A DNA stretch of 36,629 nt, taken from Paraspadella gotoi (taxonomy: Eukaryota; Animalia; Chaetognatha). The notes below the pieces were generated by a model. That model did not search any database and was not told where the DNA came from. It saw only the letters and a list, made by a program, of their open reading frames with translations. This document shows positions 12,441 through 25,155 of the stretch, one piece after another (position 1 is the stretch's first letter; each line of letters begins with the position of its first letter). The position numbers and the translations under genes are program-made. The stretch spans positions 10,327,474 to 10,364,102 of the forward strand of contig CM119263.1 in NCBI GenBank assembly GCA_051294375.1, in the 5' to 3' direction.

Positions 12441-13502
12441 AGCGAGAAGGTGAAAAATCATTGAATCGGAGGAGTAGCAATGCTGTGATGCTTTTAGTGA
12501 GCCGTTGATCGATATAATATGAGAAGTGGCGGAGCTGCGAGTAGTGATTGGTGGTCACAAGGCTCGAGAGTGTCAAAACGGCTGTAGGTTGAGTGCTGAA
12601 ACAAAATGAGCTATAAATGTAGCGATAATATAAAGGTTAAGATTTTGATTTGAGGAAGTTCTCGAAAAGAGTAGCGGAATAAGGTAATCGCTAAAGAAGC
12701 CTTACCTGGTGCTGTCGCTACGACTTTTGCGACGGCGTCAGCGGCGATCGGTTGCGTTTTCCTTGTTGTTCCTATGAGTTCTTTTTTACGTACACCGACT
12801 AGACCGTATATTATCAAAAAAGTACGCCGAGAACTTCACTCAAGTTGTAATGTAAAAGTTTATGCTAGAAACAAAATCCACGACCGTCAGAAAAATAATG
12901 TCATGGGTGACGATGTACCGCGTTGAATATCATCTCCAAAGGGAAGCCCCAAGACCCCATCGACGCTGATGACGTAAACAACAACGACGACAACAACAAT
13001 GACGAAGACAAACAACGAAGGGACTCTGTTTCGCGTCGCTGCTCAAGAGAAAAACTGTTTTATCGGTGCCATCCGCGATGGCGTCGCTTTTGCTAACGGA
13101 TTCGCGACCCCTTCACAAATCGCGACAACACTCTGCCCCTGCTTTTTTTCAACCCTGAAAAATTGTCTCAAACAAAGATTTTTTTTATTTCCACCTTAAT
13201 TTCAATATTCGCTGATTTTGCCCTAATTATGCCCCAAATTTATTCGCCACAAAAAGATTTCGGAAGCCCGACGATCAATTTTTGATTCCAGAAAACCTGG
13301 AAACCCCTTTATTATCGACTTTGGTTGTTACGTTACGTTACGTTTTGGTTTTTTGAGTTTATTTCTCTCACACCTTCTCTTTTGAACACAATTTTTTTGT
13401 CAGTTTTACCTGAAGTCTTCAACCCTAGTTTTCTTCTTTCTGGCACCAATTTTTAACAAATACTCCAGAGAAAAAGCCACACTTTCTTCTCAATAATTCC
13501 CC

Positions 13503-13592
13503 CTACCACCCCAGACCTCAGTCCACCATCTACCGCCCCAGACCTCAATCCACCACCTACCACCACAGACCTCAGTCCACCCCCTACTCCCC
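13503..13592. repeat. 27-bp minisatellite, 3 units plus a partial (ctaccRccMcagacctcaRtccaccMY)
   Basis: Units at 13503-13529, 13530-13556 and 13557-13583, with a partial to ~13592. A noisy copy lies at ~33250-33390. Confidence 0.92.
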
Positions 13593-13685
13593 TTCAGTCC
13601 CCGGTCTCGCTTGGCTGACCCTTAAGTCTCCCTCTCCGTCACTGTCTTTGGAACGAAACCTTCAATCCTCCGATCCTTTTTTTCT

Positions 13686-13687
<2 letters not shown>

Positions 13688-13772
<85 letters not shown>
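13688..13772. repeat. (CT)~42 microsatellite
   Basis: Perfect ct run. It is expanded to a ~480 bp C/T-dominated tract at ~33577-34055 in copy 2. Confidence 0.97.
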
Positions 13773-13775
<3 letters not shown>

Positions 13776-14127
13776 TTCTCTCTTTCACTTGCTTGCTCTC
13801 TTTTTTCCAGTGTGGGAGCGAAGGCCAGAGGGGATTTTGCCAGGTTTCCTTTAGATCAAAAGGGGAGAAACGAGAAAAGAAAAAGTAAAACAAAAGAAAA
13901 AAAAAGAAAACTAAAAAAGAAACAAAAGATCTCCTATTTAAACAATGAGATAAGAAATCCAAGATGCGGCGTCAAATACAAAAAGTAAAACGGCGCATTA
14001 TCGTTATTAATGCTCAAACGGTGGAAGCCTTAAAGAACTTCACAGGTTGCACGGACCTGGATATCAAAACGAAAGGGGATTCATTTTAAATGGTAGATCA
14101 ACAACAAAAACAAACTACTAAGGCTTC

Positions 14128-14152
14128 NNNNNNNNNNNNNNNNNNNNNNNNN
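14128..14152. other. Assembly gap of exactly 25 N at the end of copy 1
   Basis: Counted 25 N. It separates clean sequence from noisy sequence. Confidence 0.95.
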
Positions 14153-17100
14153 ATGCCTGGGCGTGCTGGATAAGAGAGACGGATGTGGAGGACGGGGGGG
14201 TGGGAGGGGGAGGGAGCGAGAGATGAGGAGAGAGAGAAGAAAAGATTACAAGGAGAGAGCGAGAGTGGAGGCAGGAGAGGAGAGGGAGAAGAGAGGAGGG
14301 GAGAGGGAGAGGAATGGAGTGGGAATGAGAAGAAGGGCGAGGGCGGGGAGGAGAGGAGAGGGAGAGGAGGAGGGGGAAAGGAGGGAAGGAGGGAGAGTAA
14401 GAGGGGGGCGGAGAGATGGGGAGGGGCGAGAGAGGATGAGCGAGGGGGAGGGAGGGGGGGGGAGGGGAGAGAGGAGATGAGAGAGTTGGAAGAGTGAGGG
14501 AGAGGGCGAGGAGAGAGGAGGAGAGCGTCGGAGGCGGAGAGGAGGAGGGAGAGAGGGAGCGGAGAGGAGTGGGAGCGATGAGAGGAAGTGAGAATGCGGG
14601 GGAGGGGCGAGAGCGGAGAGGAGAGGGAGAGAGAGGGAGGAGCCGAGAGGAGGAAGGAGGAAGAGGAGAGAGGGGGAGGAGGGAGAGGAGGGGGAGAGAG
14701 TGCGGAAGGGAGAGAGCTGGGAAGAGGATGGTGGAGGGAGGGGAGGGCGGCGGAGAGAGGGGGACGAGAAGGAAAGGGAGAGAGGAGGGTGGGTAATGCA
14801 GGAGAGAGAGTAGAGAGGATGAGGAGAGAGGAAGGAGACGGAGGAGAGAGGACGAGACAGGAAGAGAGAGAGGAAAACGCAGGGGGGACGGGCAGGGATC
14901 GGAGGGACCGGACGGAAGGGAGAAGAGCGGGGAGGGAGGGGGGAGAGGGGGGCGACGTGGAGTGAGGAGGAGAAGGTGGAGGGGGGATCGACGCGGGAGA
15001 GAGGACAGGGAAGGGAGGAGGGAGAATCAGGTGGAGAGGAGAGGAAGAAGAGAGGAGAGAGAGAGCGGGGTGGGGAGGAGGGGAGAGGGGAGAGGGAAGG
15101 GAGGACGAGGGAGTGGAGGGGAGCGGATAGGGGAAGATGGAGGGGAGGGAGGAGGAGATGAGGAGGAGAGGGCCGGGACGGGAGGGAGAGGGGAGGAATG
15201 GGGGAGGGAAGAAGGCGTGGTTGATAGAATGGATGTATCTGAGGCGGGTTGGGAGAAGAGAGAGCGAGGAGGTGCGGAGCTGCGGGCGGGGAGGAGGGAG
15301 GGGAGGGAGAGAGGAGGGAGAGAAGGGATTAGAAGGAGGAGACGACGAGGAAGCAGGAAGGAGAAGAAGAGGAGGGATGGGTAGAGAGGGGGAAAGGAAG
15401 AAGAAGATACGAAAGGAGAGGAGAGATGGAGAGGAGGGGGGGGCTGAAAGAGACGGAGGAGCGCGAGGGGGGGTGGAGTGGGGATATAGGGGAGGAGAGG
15501 TCGCGCGACGAGGACGAGAGGGCTGGGGAGAGACGTGGAGGTGGGGGCGAGAGACAGAGGAGGGCGTAGAGGGTGTGGAGGAAGGAGAGAGGAGGGCGGA
15601 AGGAAGGTAGGCGCTGGATGAGGACGAGCGGGGAGGCTGAGGTGGGGAAGGGAGTATGAGCGCGAGAGAGGGGAGTGAGGGATGACGGGAGCGAGAGGAG
15701 GATCGAGGGGCGAGTGAGAGAGATGAGAGGGAGAGGGGCGAGGGAGAGAGGAGAAATGGGGAAGGCAGATGGGGGGCTGGCGTGAGGGGGTGGAGAGAGG
15801 AAGGCGAGCAGAGGAGGGGAGAGGGACTGCGAGGGATGAGGACTGCGGGAGGCTAGGCGAGAGAGGAGGAGGAGGAGGGGGAGAGGGAGCATACGCGAGA
15901 GGAGAAGAGGGAGGAGCCCGGGAGGATGGGACGACGAGCGAGCGAGGAAAGCAGAAGAAGTGTAGGGAGTGAGGAGGGGAGAAGGGTGGGAGGGAGGGGG
16001 GGGACGGGAAGGATGAGGAAAGTGGGAGGACGGGGGAGCGGAGAGATGGAGAGGCAGAGTAGCGGGAGGAGTGGGTGAGGAAGAAAGAAGGGGGGATAGG
16101 ACCTGAGGAGAGAGACGTGGGACGCAAGGGGGGGAGAGAGAGGGGGTAAGAGGGAGGAGAGCGTGGGAGAGGGAGAGCGAGGGAGAGCGATCGAGGAGAG
16201 ATGACGTGAGACAGGGGGATGGAAGGACTGGGAGGAGAGGAGAGGAGGGGACACTGGAGAGGAGGGAGCAGATCGAGGGGAGACTTTCGGAGGGAGCGAG
16301 AGAGGGAAGGACCGAGAGGAGGCGGCAGAGGGAGGGGATGACGGAGAGGACGAGGGATGGGAGGGGGGAGGGAGGAGAGAGAGAGGATGAGAGAAGGCGG
16401 AGGAGGGGGGGAGAAGGAGAGAGAGAGGAGGGAGAGAGAGCGAGGGGAGAGAGTGGAGAGTGGAGGGATGTGAGAAGGGAGGAGGGGGGAGAGAGATGGA
16501 GACGAGGAGGAGAGCAGAAGACATCGCCGAGAGACGAGAGGAGATTAACAGCCGGAGGGCGAGGAGGTGGGGGAGTGGAGGGAAGGGTGAACCGAGTGAA
16601 AAGCGATAGGAGAGAGGGGGAGAGTGAGAGAGAAGAAGAGGGGCAGAGCAGAGAAGGATGGAGAGAGAGCAGAGGAGGGTAGGGATGACGAGAGGGGGGA
16701 GAAAGAGAAAGGAGCCGACGGGGGGAGGGGAGGGAGGAGGAGGGAGGAACGAGAGGGACGGCGAGGAGGGGACGGGAGGGGAGAGTGGAGAGGGAGGATG
16801 GCGGACAGTCGAGGCAGTCTGAGGGTCGGAGAGGGAGCGGAGGGGAGGGGGGTGGCGAGGCGCGAGGGTGCGAGAGGAAGTGGGAGAGAGGAGAGGGGAT
16901 GTGTGAGAGAGATGAGAGCGGAGGGCGGCAGGGTGAGTGGAGGGGGGAAGGAGAGGAGAAGATGGAGGTAGAGCGACGACGGGAGAGGTGAAGGCGGAGT
17001 GAAGGAGGTGGGATGAGCGAGAGTGGACGGGTAGGGGATTTGCGGGGGAAGAATGGAGAGAGAATGGAGGAGAGGAGAGGAGGATCGGAGGGGGAGGGCA

Positions 17101-17170
17101 GGGGGCGGTGTGAGGGGAGAGAGGTGGAGAGAAGGGGGTTGAACGGAGATAGACGGAGATGAGGGAGAGA
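14153..17170. other. Aperiodic G/A-dominated low-complexity tract, probably basecalling noise
   Basis: About 3 kb that is almost all G and A with no stable period. The same texture appears as insertions within otherwise alignable copy 2 (e.g. ~22360-22500, ~25260-25320). Confidence 0.75.
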
Positions 17171-18301
17171 GGAGAGAAAGAGAAAGGAAAAAAAAAAGAA
17201 AGAAGAAAAAAAGACGAAAATGAAAAAAAAGAAAAAAAGAAAAAAGTGAAAAGAAAAAAGAAAAAAAGAAAAAGAAAAAGATGAAAAAGAAAAAGAAGAA
17301 AAAAAAAGCAGGAGAAAGGAAGGAAGAGGAAAAAAAAGAAAAAAAAGAGAGGAGAAGAGAGAAAAAGGAAGAGAAAAAGGAAGAAAAAAAAAAAAAGAGT
17401 TGATAAAAAGGGAAGACGAAGAAAAAAAAGAATGGAAGAGAAAAAAGAAAATGAAGGAGAGATAAGTAGGGAAAAAAAGGAAAAGAGAGAGAGAATAGGA
17501 AGGAGGGTGAGAAGAGCAAAAAAAGAGAAAAAAAAAAAAAAAAAAAAAGTGAAAAAGGGAAAAAAACAAAGGAAAGGACAAAAACTAAGAAAAAAAGGAA
17601 AAGAAAGGAAGGAAGAAAAGTAAGGAGAAAAAAAAAAAAAAAGGGAAAAAAGAACAAGAGAAAATGAGAGTCGCAGGAGAGAAGAAAGAGGGATGAGAAA
17701 GGAAAAAAAACAGAAAAAAAAAAACGAGAAGAAAAAGAGAAAAAAAAAAAAGAAAAGAAGCAGGAAAGAGAAAAATAAAGAGAAAAAAAGAAAGGAAAAA
17801 AAAAAGCGAAAAGGGAAAAAGGAAGAAAAAAAAAGAGAGAGAAAGCAAAAGAAAAAAAGAAGAAAAGAAAGAGAAAAGAAAAAAAAAAAAAAGAAAAAAA
17901 AGAAAAAAAAAAAAAAAAATAAAAAAAAAAAAAGGAAGGAAAAGAGGAGAAAAAAAAGAAAAAGGGAAAAGGAAAAAAAAAAGAAAAAATAAAGAAAGGG
18001 GAAAAGAAAAAAGAAACCGGAGGGTTGACCTGTGGAGGAAGAAGAAAAAGAGAAAAAAGAAGGGAAGGAGAAGAAGAAGGAAAGAAAAAATGAAAAAGGA
18101 GAGAGATAGGGAAAGAAAAAAAAGAATAGAATTTAATTTTTTTACCCATGATTTTAGGGAAGAAAAAATATTTTTGATTTTAACCAAGGACAAACGACTA
18201 GCCAAAAACACCAACACCAAAAAAAAAAAACAAATAAATTAAACGAGTTTTGCCTCGTTGTAAATATTTTATTTTTTGTTTATTTTTTTTTAAAATTTTT
18301 T
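17171..18301. other. A-rich purine low-complexity tract, probably basecalling noise
   Basis: Poly-A runs broken by G, grading into alignable copy 2. Confidence 0.75.
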
Positions 18302-19426
18302 TAAAACCGTTTTTTAAAAAAAAATAAAAAAAAAGAAAAAATTTTAAAAAAATTTTTTTTTTTAATAAATAAAAAAAATAAAAAAAAAAAAAAAAAGACC
18401 CTGGTGCGCTCATCGTGTTGGTGAGCAGTTCCCGCTTTTGTGCGCAGAGTGTGCGAATTGTTCCGTTCTTGTCACATCCTCTTGTCGACCGAAACCCTGT
18501 GATATTTTTTTATTTATTTATAATTGCGGTACGGTGAAGAAGGTGACGGTTTCGGACTTGGCTTTGTCGAAGACGCGGACCCTGACCGAATTCACTCTCG
18601 ATAGATTTTAAATCACCGAAAGAATTTTGCTGGGACTTTATGCCAGAGGAGGGAGGGGTGTCGAGGGGACATCGAGTGAGAGAGAGGGGGAGAGGAGAGA
18701 GAGGGATGAGTCAGGGAGAGGAGAGAGAAGAGGATGAGGGTGAGGCGGAGAGCCTTAGAGGTCCGGCGAGGGGGTGTAGGAAATATCGAAGGCGGGGCGG
18801 ACATGGTTGCGAGAGGGGGTGGCTGGGTGCGGGTGGGAGGGGAGCTGCGGGCGGGGGGCGTGCGGAAGGGACGGGGATGTCGGAAGGGGGGGGGAGATGG
18901 GGAGAGGAGAGGGAGAATCGGAGGAGATCCCAATCCGGATGGAGCGGATTGGGCGCGAGAGAACGATGGGGAGAGAGAGGAGGAGGGAGGGGGGAGGGGG
19001 AGAGACGATGAGAGTGAGAGAAGAGGAGAGAGAGAAGGAGAGGTTTTTTAGAGAGTGGAGTAAAGATGAGAGAAGGAGAGGGGGAGTGCTTTTTTATTGC
19101 TATTTTTTTGGCTTACTCCGCGCTAGTGGCAAAAAAAAAAGATGCTTCCTCTTTCTCCTTTTCCGAAAATCGTGCGACGGCCGCTTTTAATGCTTTGGTT
19201 CGTTATAAGGCAACTGAACATTAAGACGGGCAAGCATCAATTAACCGGGGGAGGGGGGGATAAGCACAATTAATGCTTGGGCACGAAATACTTTCGACCC
19301 CCCCGAACGCGAAATTTCGTTAATAATGTTTTAAGCGTTGCAAGCTATTTTTAAGCGCCAACGAATTATAGCCCCGTTTCGAAGCAGCATTAAATTTAAG
19401 GGGGAACGGAAAAAAATAAAAAAACG

Positions 19427-19609
<183 letters not shown>

Positions 19610-21659
19610 GCTTTTATTGGACTTTTGTTTTTTAAGCCCGTTATTTACTACGATTTGCGTCTCAAATATGTTGTCAACTCGGAGAAAGCAGATTGCGGTT
19701 TTAATTGTTTAAGTTTTTTAGAAACTTTAAAAAATTTTATAAATTTAAAAAATAAAAAAATATGGTTTGTTCCGAAAGATATGATATTTAAAAGTTTTAT
19801 ATTACGAAAGAAAAAAATTATATTTTAAAAATAAAAAATAATATTTTTAAAAGATTCCAAAAATCACTTTCAAGAAGAAGTACCAAGAAACGTTGTTTTT
19901 TCCCCAACTTCAATACTAGTCGCGTGGGCCCGCAAGGTTTCTTCCTCTCATTTTTTTCTTTTTTTTTTTGGCCTAAAGCTTTTGTATATATTTTCTCTCT
20001 CTCTCTCTCTCTTCTTTCCTGCTCCTCAGATTTTCAATTTCCCAATTTTTCCTGTTATTTCTTTTGCTTGTAATCATTTCCGAGCTTATCAAAAATCGAA
20101 TGATTTTTGACGAAGATGAACAAAACCTTTTTCCATACGTTTAAAATTTATCAATGCTTTGCTTACGGATTGTTATTTTTTTATTTGTTGAGCGCCTCAT
20201 TTAAATTTGGCGGGGTGAGATTGTTCTCTAAGTGACAGTGTATGAGCAGAGAGACCATCAAAAACGTTTTTTTACTGGAAATCCGCTATTTTCCACTCGG
20301 AACCTTAAAGTTTAAACAGACGGGTTTTTCTAAACTTTGCTATTCGATTACAAATTCTAAGCCTTAAAAAAGTTTCCTTTTCCGTTTCCTTACCGAAACC
20401 TATTTCAGTAATTTTTCCTTGCCATTCTATTACAAACCGTAGCGATCCTATTAAAATTCTCTACTACAGCGATTCGGGGTGTTCTACACCCCAATCAGCC
20501 ACCCATCCAACTTTTCATTCATTCAACTGCGCTTGAAGTCGTTGAACTCATCATAAAACGTCACCAACGAAATTTCCACCCCAGTCCTCCCTGGAAAAAA
20601 AAGGAACTTGTTGATTTTCGGTCGCGACCCCAGTTTTTGAGATGAGTTTTTGCTTCTCTCTCTCTCTTTCTTCTCTCTCTCCTCTCTCTCTCTTCTCTCC
20701 TCCCCCTCTCTCTCTCTCTTTTTCCTCAACTTTTACGAATCTCCGTGATTTGCCGTCATTTGCCCCCTGCGCCAAAGAAAAAAAGAAGAGAAAGAAGAAA
20801 AAGAAATAGAAAATTATCGACGGGGTAGAGCTCCGGTTGTAGGCAGGAGCGAGATTTCGCCGGGAGTACCGAGGTTTGAATGAAAAGATTGTTTTTGTCA
20901 GTTTTTGTTTTTTCTAGTGAATTGATCGTGTTGTTGGATTGCGGTTTGTAGTGAAGATAGATGAGAGGCGGGAGAGGAGAGGACGGGAGTGAGAGAGAGG
21001 AGAAGAGAGGGAGCGGAGGAGAGCTTGTGAGGGGAAGAGGGAATCGATGAGGGGATGAGCGAGAGAGAGCGCGGGGAGAGACGAGGAGATGGGAGAGCGG
21101 GTGAGCTGTTGCGAGACGGTTGGAGAGGGAAAAGCGGAGGGGAGGATCGAGGGCGAGGGGAGTGTGGAGGGGGAGGGAGAGAGGACCGAGGGGTGTGTGA
21201 GGGAAGGGGGGGTAGGGGGAGCATGAGGGAGGTGAATGAGGAAGGCGGTTAAGATGATGGAGAGAGAGAGGGAAGAGAGAGTGAGATGAGAGCGAGAGAG
21301 ATTGAAGAGGAGAGAGGAGAGGAGCGCTTCCAAATGGGGGCGGAGGGGAATATCGAAAAAGTCGGGGATTCCCGAAGGGAAGTGGGGAGAAACGATGGAA
21401 ATAAAATAGGGAAATTGAATTGGATAATTCAACTTTGCTTACAAAGTTTGAATATAAATTAAAAGTTTTGTTCTTTTCGGATTTAGGTTTTATAGTTCTA
21501 GTTTAATATTTCAAATTTCATTTTATTTAAAACAGGCGGGAAGATGAATGGAAAGAAGGAAAGATATAGAATATGATTAAAAAGGATAGAGAGATTAAAG
21601 AAAAATGAAGAATTATTTTTTTTAGAGATATGAATATAGAGAGAAAGAAGATTAACAGG

Positions 21660-21737
<78 letters not shown>

Positions 21738-23078
21738 TGGTTCCGCAGAAAACGATCCGGGTTACAGAGAGAGAAGAATAAAATTCACTTCAACAGCCCG
21801 CCCTTTTTCACAAGCCTTTCACTATTTCTTTCATCATCTTCTTCCCTTCTCCCTCCGCGGCCTACTTCTTTTTCCTCCTCCGGCCTCCCTCTTTCCTCCT
21901 CCTCTTTCCTCCTCCTATTCATTCTCCTTCTGATCGTTTCCAAAAATTTTTTTTTCATTTCATTATTTTTTTTTATTTTTTTCCAAGATCGTCTCTGGTC
22001 TCTGTTTCTGTCTCTCTGGGTTCTTCTGTCGTTTTTCTTCGTTTCCTTTCCTCTCTTCTCCTCTCTCTCTCTCTTTCTCTCCTCTCTCTCTCTCTCTCTC
22101 TCCTTTCTCTCTCCTCTCTTTCCTCCTCTCTCCTCTCTCTCTCTCTTTCTCTTCTCCTCTCTCTCTCTCCTTTTTTCCTTTTCACATTTTATTTCGAGAA
22201 ACGAAGCCCACTATCAGTTAGGTTCATTTTCTTTTGCTTTAATGTTTTTTCTTGAAAAATGACTCTGAAAAGAGGAAGGAAAAAAAGGAGAAAGAAATCT
22301 CGCGGATGCGCGTCGCGTCATTTAATAGACGATTTGACGAACCGACACGACAATGGTTGTGAGAGGAGAAGGAGAGAGAGAGTAAGGACAGAAGTAAGAA
22401 AGAAAAGAGAGGGAGAAGAAAAAAGAAATAGGAAGGAAGAGGGGGAGAAAAAAGAAGAGGGAAAAGGAAGAAGGAAAGAGAAAGAAGAAAAGGAGGGAGA
22501 AACTGGGCCGAGGATGACAACCGACCATGACCAAAAATATATAATAATTAATAATTGTTTAGTGGTTGCTATTTTTTAGTTGTCGATTTTATAGAATATG
22601 ATTTATTTAAAACCAAATCTAAGCTGGGAAACAAAAGTCAAAGACCCATCAGCCTTAGCATTATGACGACAGATGGTTGTTCATTAAAAATTGGCGTTAT
22701 TTTTCTTTTCGCAAGTCTCGTTTGTTCAATTTTTTTTGTTCGGATTTTTGTCGCTTTTTTTTTAAACTTTTTCGCTTTTAACTTTTTACAATGTTCGTGG
22801 AAGCAGGAAATGGGTCAGACTTTCGGAACGATTTTCTATCCGCTTTTTTGTACGAATCGCTTACTAGTCTGGCGTTCAAACTTTTTTTACCTATGTTATT
22901 TAATATTAAAATTTCTATAAAAACGCAAATTACAAATGTACATGCAATTCGGAGTTGAAGCTCCTATACCGAAAAATCTCCTTCTTTAACCTAATTCTTC
23001 TGGCTTATTTTTCATCAATGAATTTATCACGCACTTGTTCCCTTTTGTTTTGAGGGCGGAAACCAACTGGCCTAACAA

Positions 23079-24487
23079 CACGATGACAACACAGAAAAAG
23101 AAAACTAGCGAAAGCAAACGGCCCCAACCGCGCCCTCAGGAACGACTACGCACGACGACGGGACTACGACGACGACGACGGATCAATTGATGAAAACGGA
23201 TGATGTGATTACGGTTGTTATGGACGCTTCGTTCCTTAAATGTGTTTGTTTTGTTTGTCATACCAGTCCGGTTACGAGTCTGCCGCGGCCGCCCCGTCGG
23301 CTCCGTCTGGCGTCGCCGGCGGCGCAGCGGCGGGCCGGCGCCGCGGTTATTTGTTCTCGAATGTTGCGGAGGACGAGGATTTTACAGAGGGCGGACCTGG
23401 CTGGCGTGAGTAAAGGATAAACATTTGTGAAAATGTCTTGGGAAAAAAATTACCGCCGCCCCAGCAGCGGACAGCAGACGGGTGAGGGTTGAGCGGAAGC
23501 AGCTGCAGCGTCCCCCCGTAGCCAGGAAGTTCAATGTCGAAATTCTAAAAATTACGCGTATGTTTAATGTAGTTATTTTATTTTGTTTCAACAATTCTCA
23601 TTAAAGTTAGTTTTAATTGGAATTACAACACAAACGCCTTATTAGAATTTTCTCTCCGCGCATAATAAAAAATATTTTAAACCTTTCACAAAAGTTTTTT
23701 TAGACCAAACTTTTGAGGCTTTAAAACAAATATGTCCATAATAACCCCTAAGAACCTTATAAAAACTCCAAAACATTTCCGGGTTTATGAATTCAATTTA
23801 TCTACCCAAAAAACATAATGAAAAAGAAAAAATTTGAGCGGAGGAAAGAGGGCTAAAAGAAGAGAAGAGAAAAAAAAAAGAGAAAAAAAGAAAGGAAAGA
23901 GGAAACGGAAAAAAAAGGGAAAAAAAAAAAGGGGAAAAAAAAAAAAAAAGGATATTTTTTTTTTTGTGGTTCTTTCCGCGTTCGCCAAAACTTTTGACCC
24001 GAGAAAAAAATCTTTTCTGGTAAATTCGCGTTTCCTCTCTCCCTCTCTCCCCTCCCTCCTCTCCTCCTCTCTCTCTCTTTTTTCCCCCCCTCCTCCCCCC
24101 CTCTTTCCCTTTCCCCTTTTTTTCCCCCTCCCCTCCCTTCCCTTCTCCTCTCTCTCTCTCTCCCTCTTCTCTTCCCTCCTCTCTCTCTCCTCTCCATCTC
24201 CTCTCTCTCTCTCTCTCTCTCCCCTTCTTCTCTCTCTTCCTCTCTCTCTCTCCGACGCAATCTGGAAATTGTAAAATTACCCCATATTTCCTGCCCCAAC
24301 CTCTCTCGGAGAAAACTGCTCCGGGAGGGAATTATTGTCCGTCGCCATTTGGCAATCGCAAAATTCTGAGCCATCGCTGAGGGACGAGAAGTAGGGAGTG
24401 GGAGTTGAGCCCGACCTGCGGGGTAGGGAAGGAAGACGGGGCGTGGGGTGGTGGAGAGGTCGAGGGGGACGCTCAGGTGGGGTTAGC
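23079..24487 (-). other. Block inverted relative to copy 1 (~9104-10150)
   Basis: cgatgacaacacagaa (23081) is the reverse complement of ttctgtgttgtcatcg (~10132-10147). gacgcaatctggaaattgtaaaattacccc (~24254) matches the reverse complement of gggtaattacaatttccattgcgtc (~9287-9311). Confidence 0.92.
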
Positions 24488-25124
24488 GAATCGACTGACG
24501 GGAACAAAAGAGAAAAAAAAGAAAGGAAAAAGAAAAAAGAAAAACATATTGCTTTTCTCCCCGATTGGTTTTTTCCTCTTCGGCCAGCGGATAGTGGAAG
24601 ACGACGCCCGTGAATAATGCATCGCGACCAATAGATTTCTCGAGGGCCGACAAATGGGAAGCCAGATCGAGAAATAAAATTAAGACGGAGGGGGAGAGGA
24701 ACGGAAGGGACGACGACGACGCGCGACGACGACGACGACGACGACGACCGAACGACCCGCCGACGACCGACCCCGACGACGATTGTTTTTTTTTTTTTGT
24801 TTCTTCCTTCGCTTGTCATTTTTCGGATTATCGACTTATGTTACTGATATTTTTAGTGCTTCTTCCGGATTCTATCATGTTGGATACTTTGATATTGAGA
24901 ATACTCATTTCCTCTTTAATGTTTTTTGTTTGCTCTGGATGTTTTTGTTTTTTTTATCGGTTAAGCATTTTTCTTTTTTTTATATATTCGAGGTTTTTTC
25001 GACCTCAAGGATTCAGTTTTCATCAAGGGTCGACTTGTGTGCGCGCCCACGACGCCGGAACGTCCCGCAATAAAACGCCGGTAATGGGCCAAAAACGCAC
25101 GGGAAAAAGGAGGAAAACCGTTTG

Positions 25125-25155
<31 letters not shown>

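Noticed and set aside
14153-17170. 3-kb purine tract as a G-quadruplex or triplex element
   Set aside because: It follows the 25-N gap, has no period, and matches the noise texture inserted elsewhere in copy 2, so it is not trustworthy as genomic sequence.
15027-18220. Long minus-strand ORFs (750, 534, 366 and 211 aa)
   Set aside because: A C/T-dominated strand rarely forms stop codons. The products are S/P/L/F low complexity with no domain.
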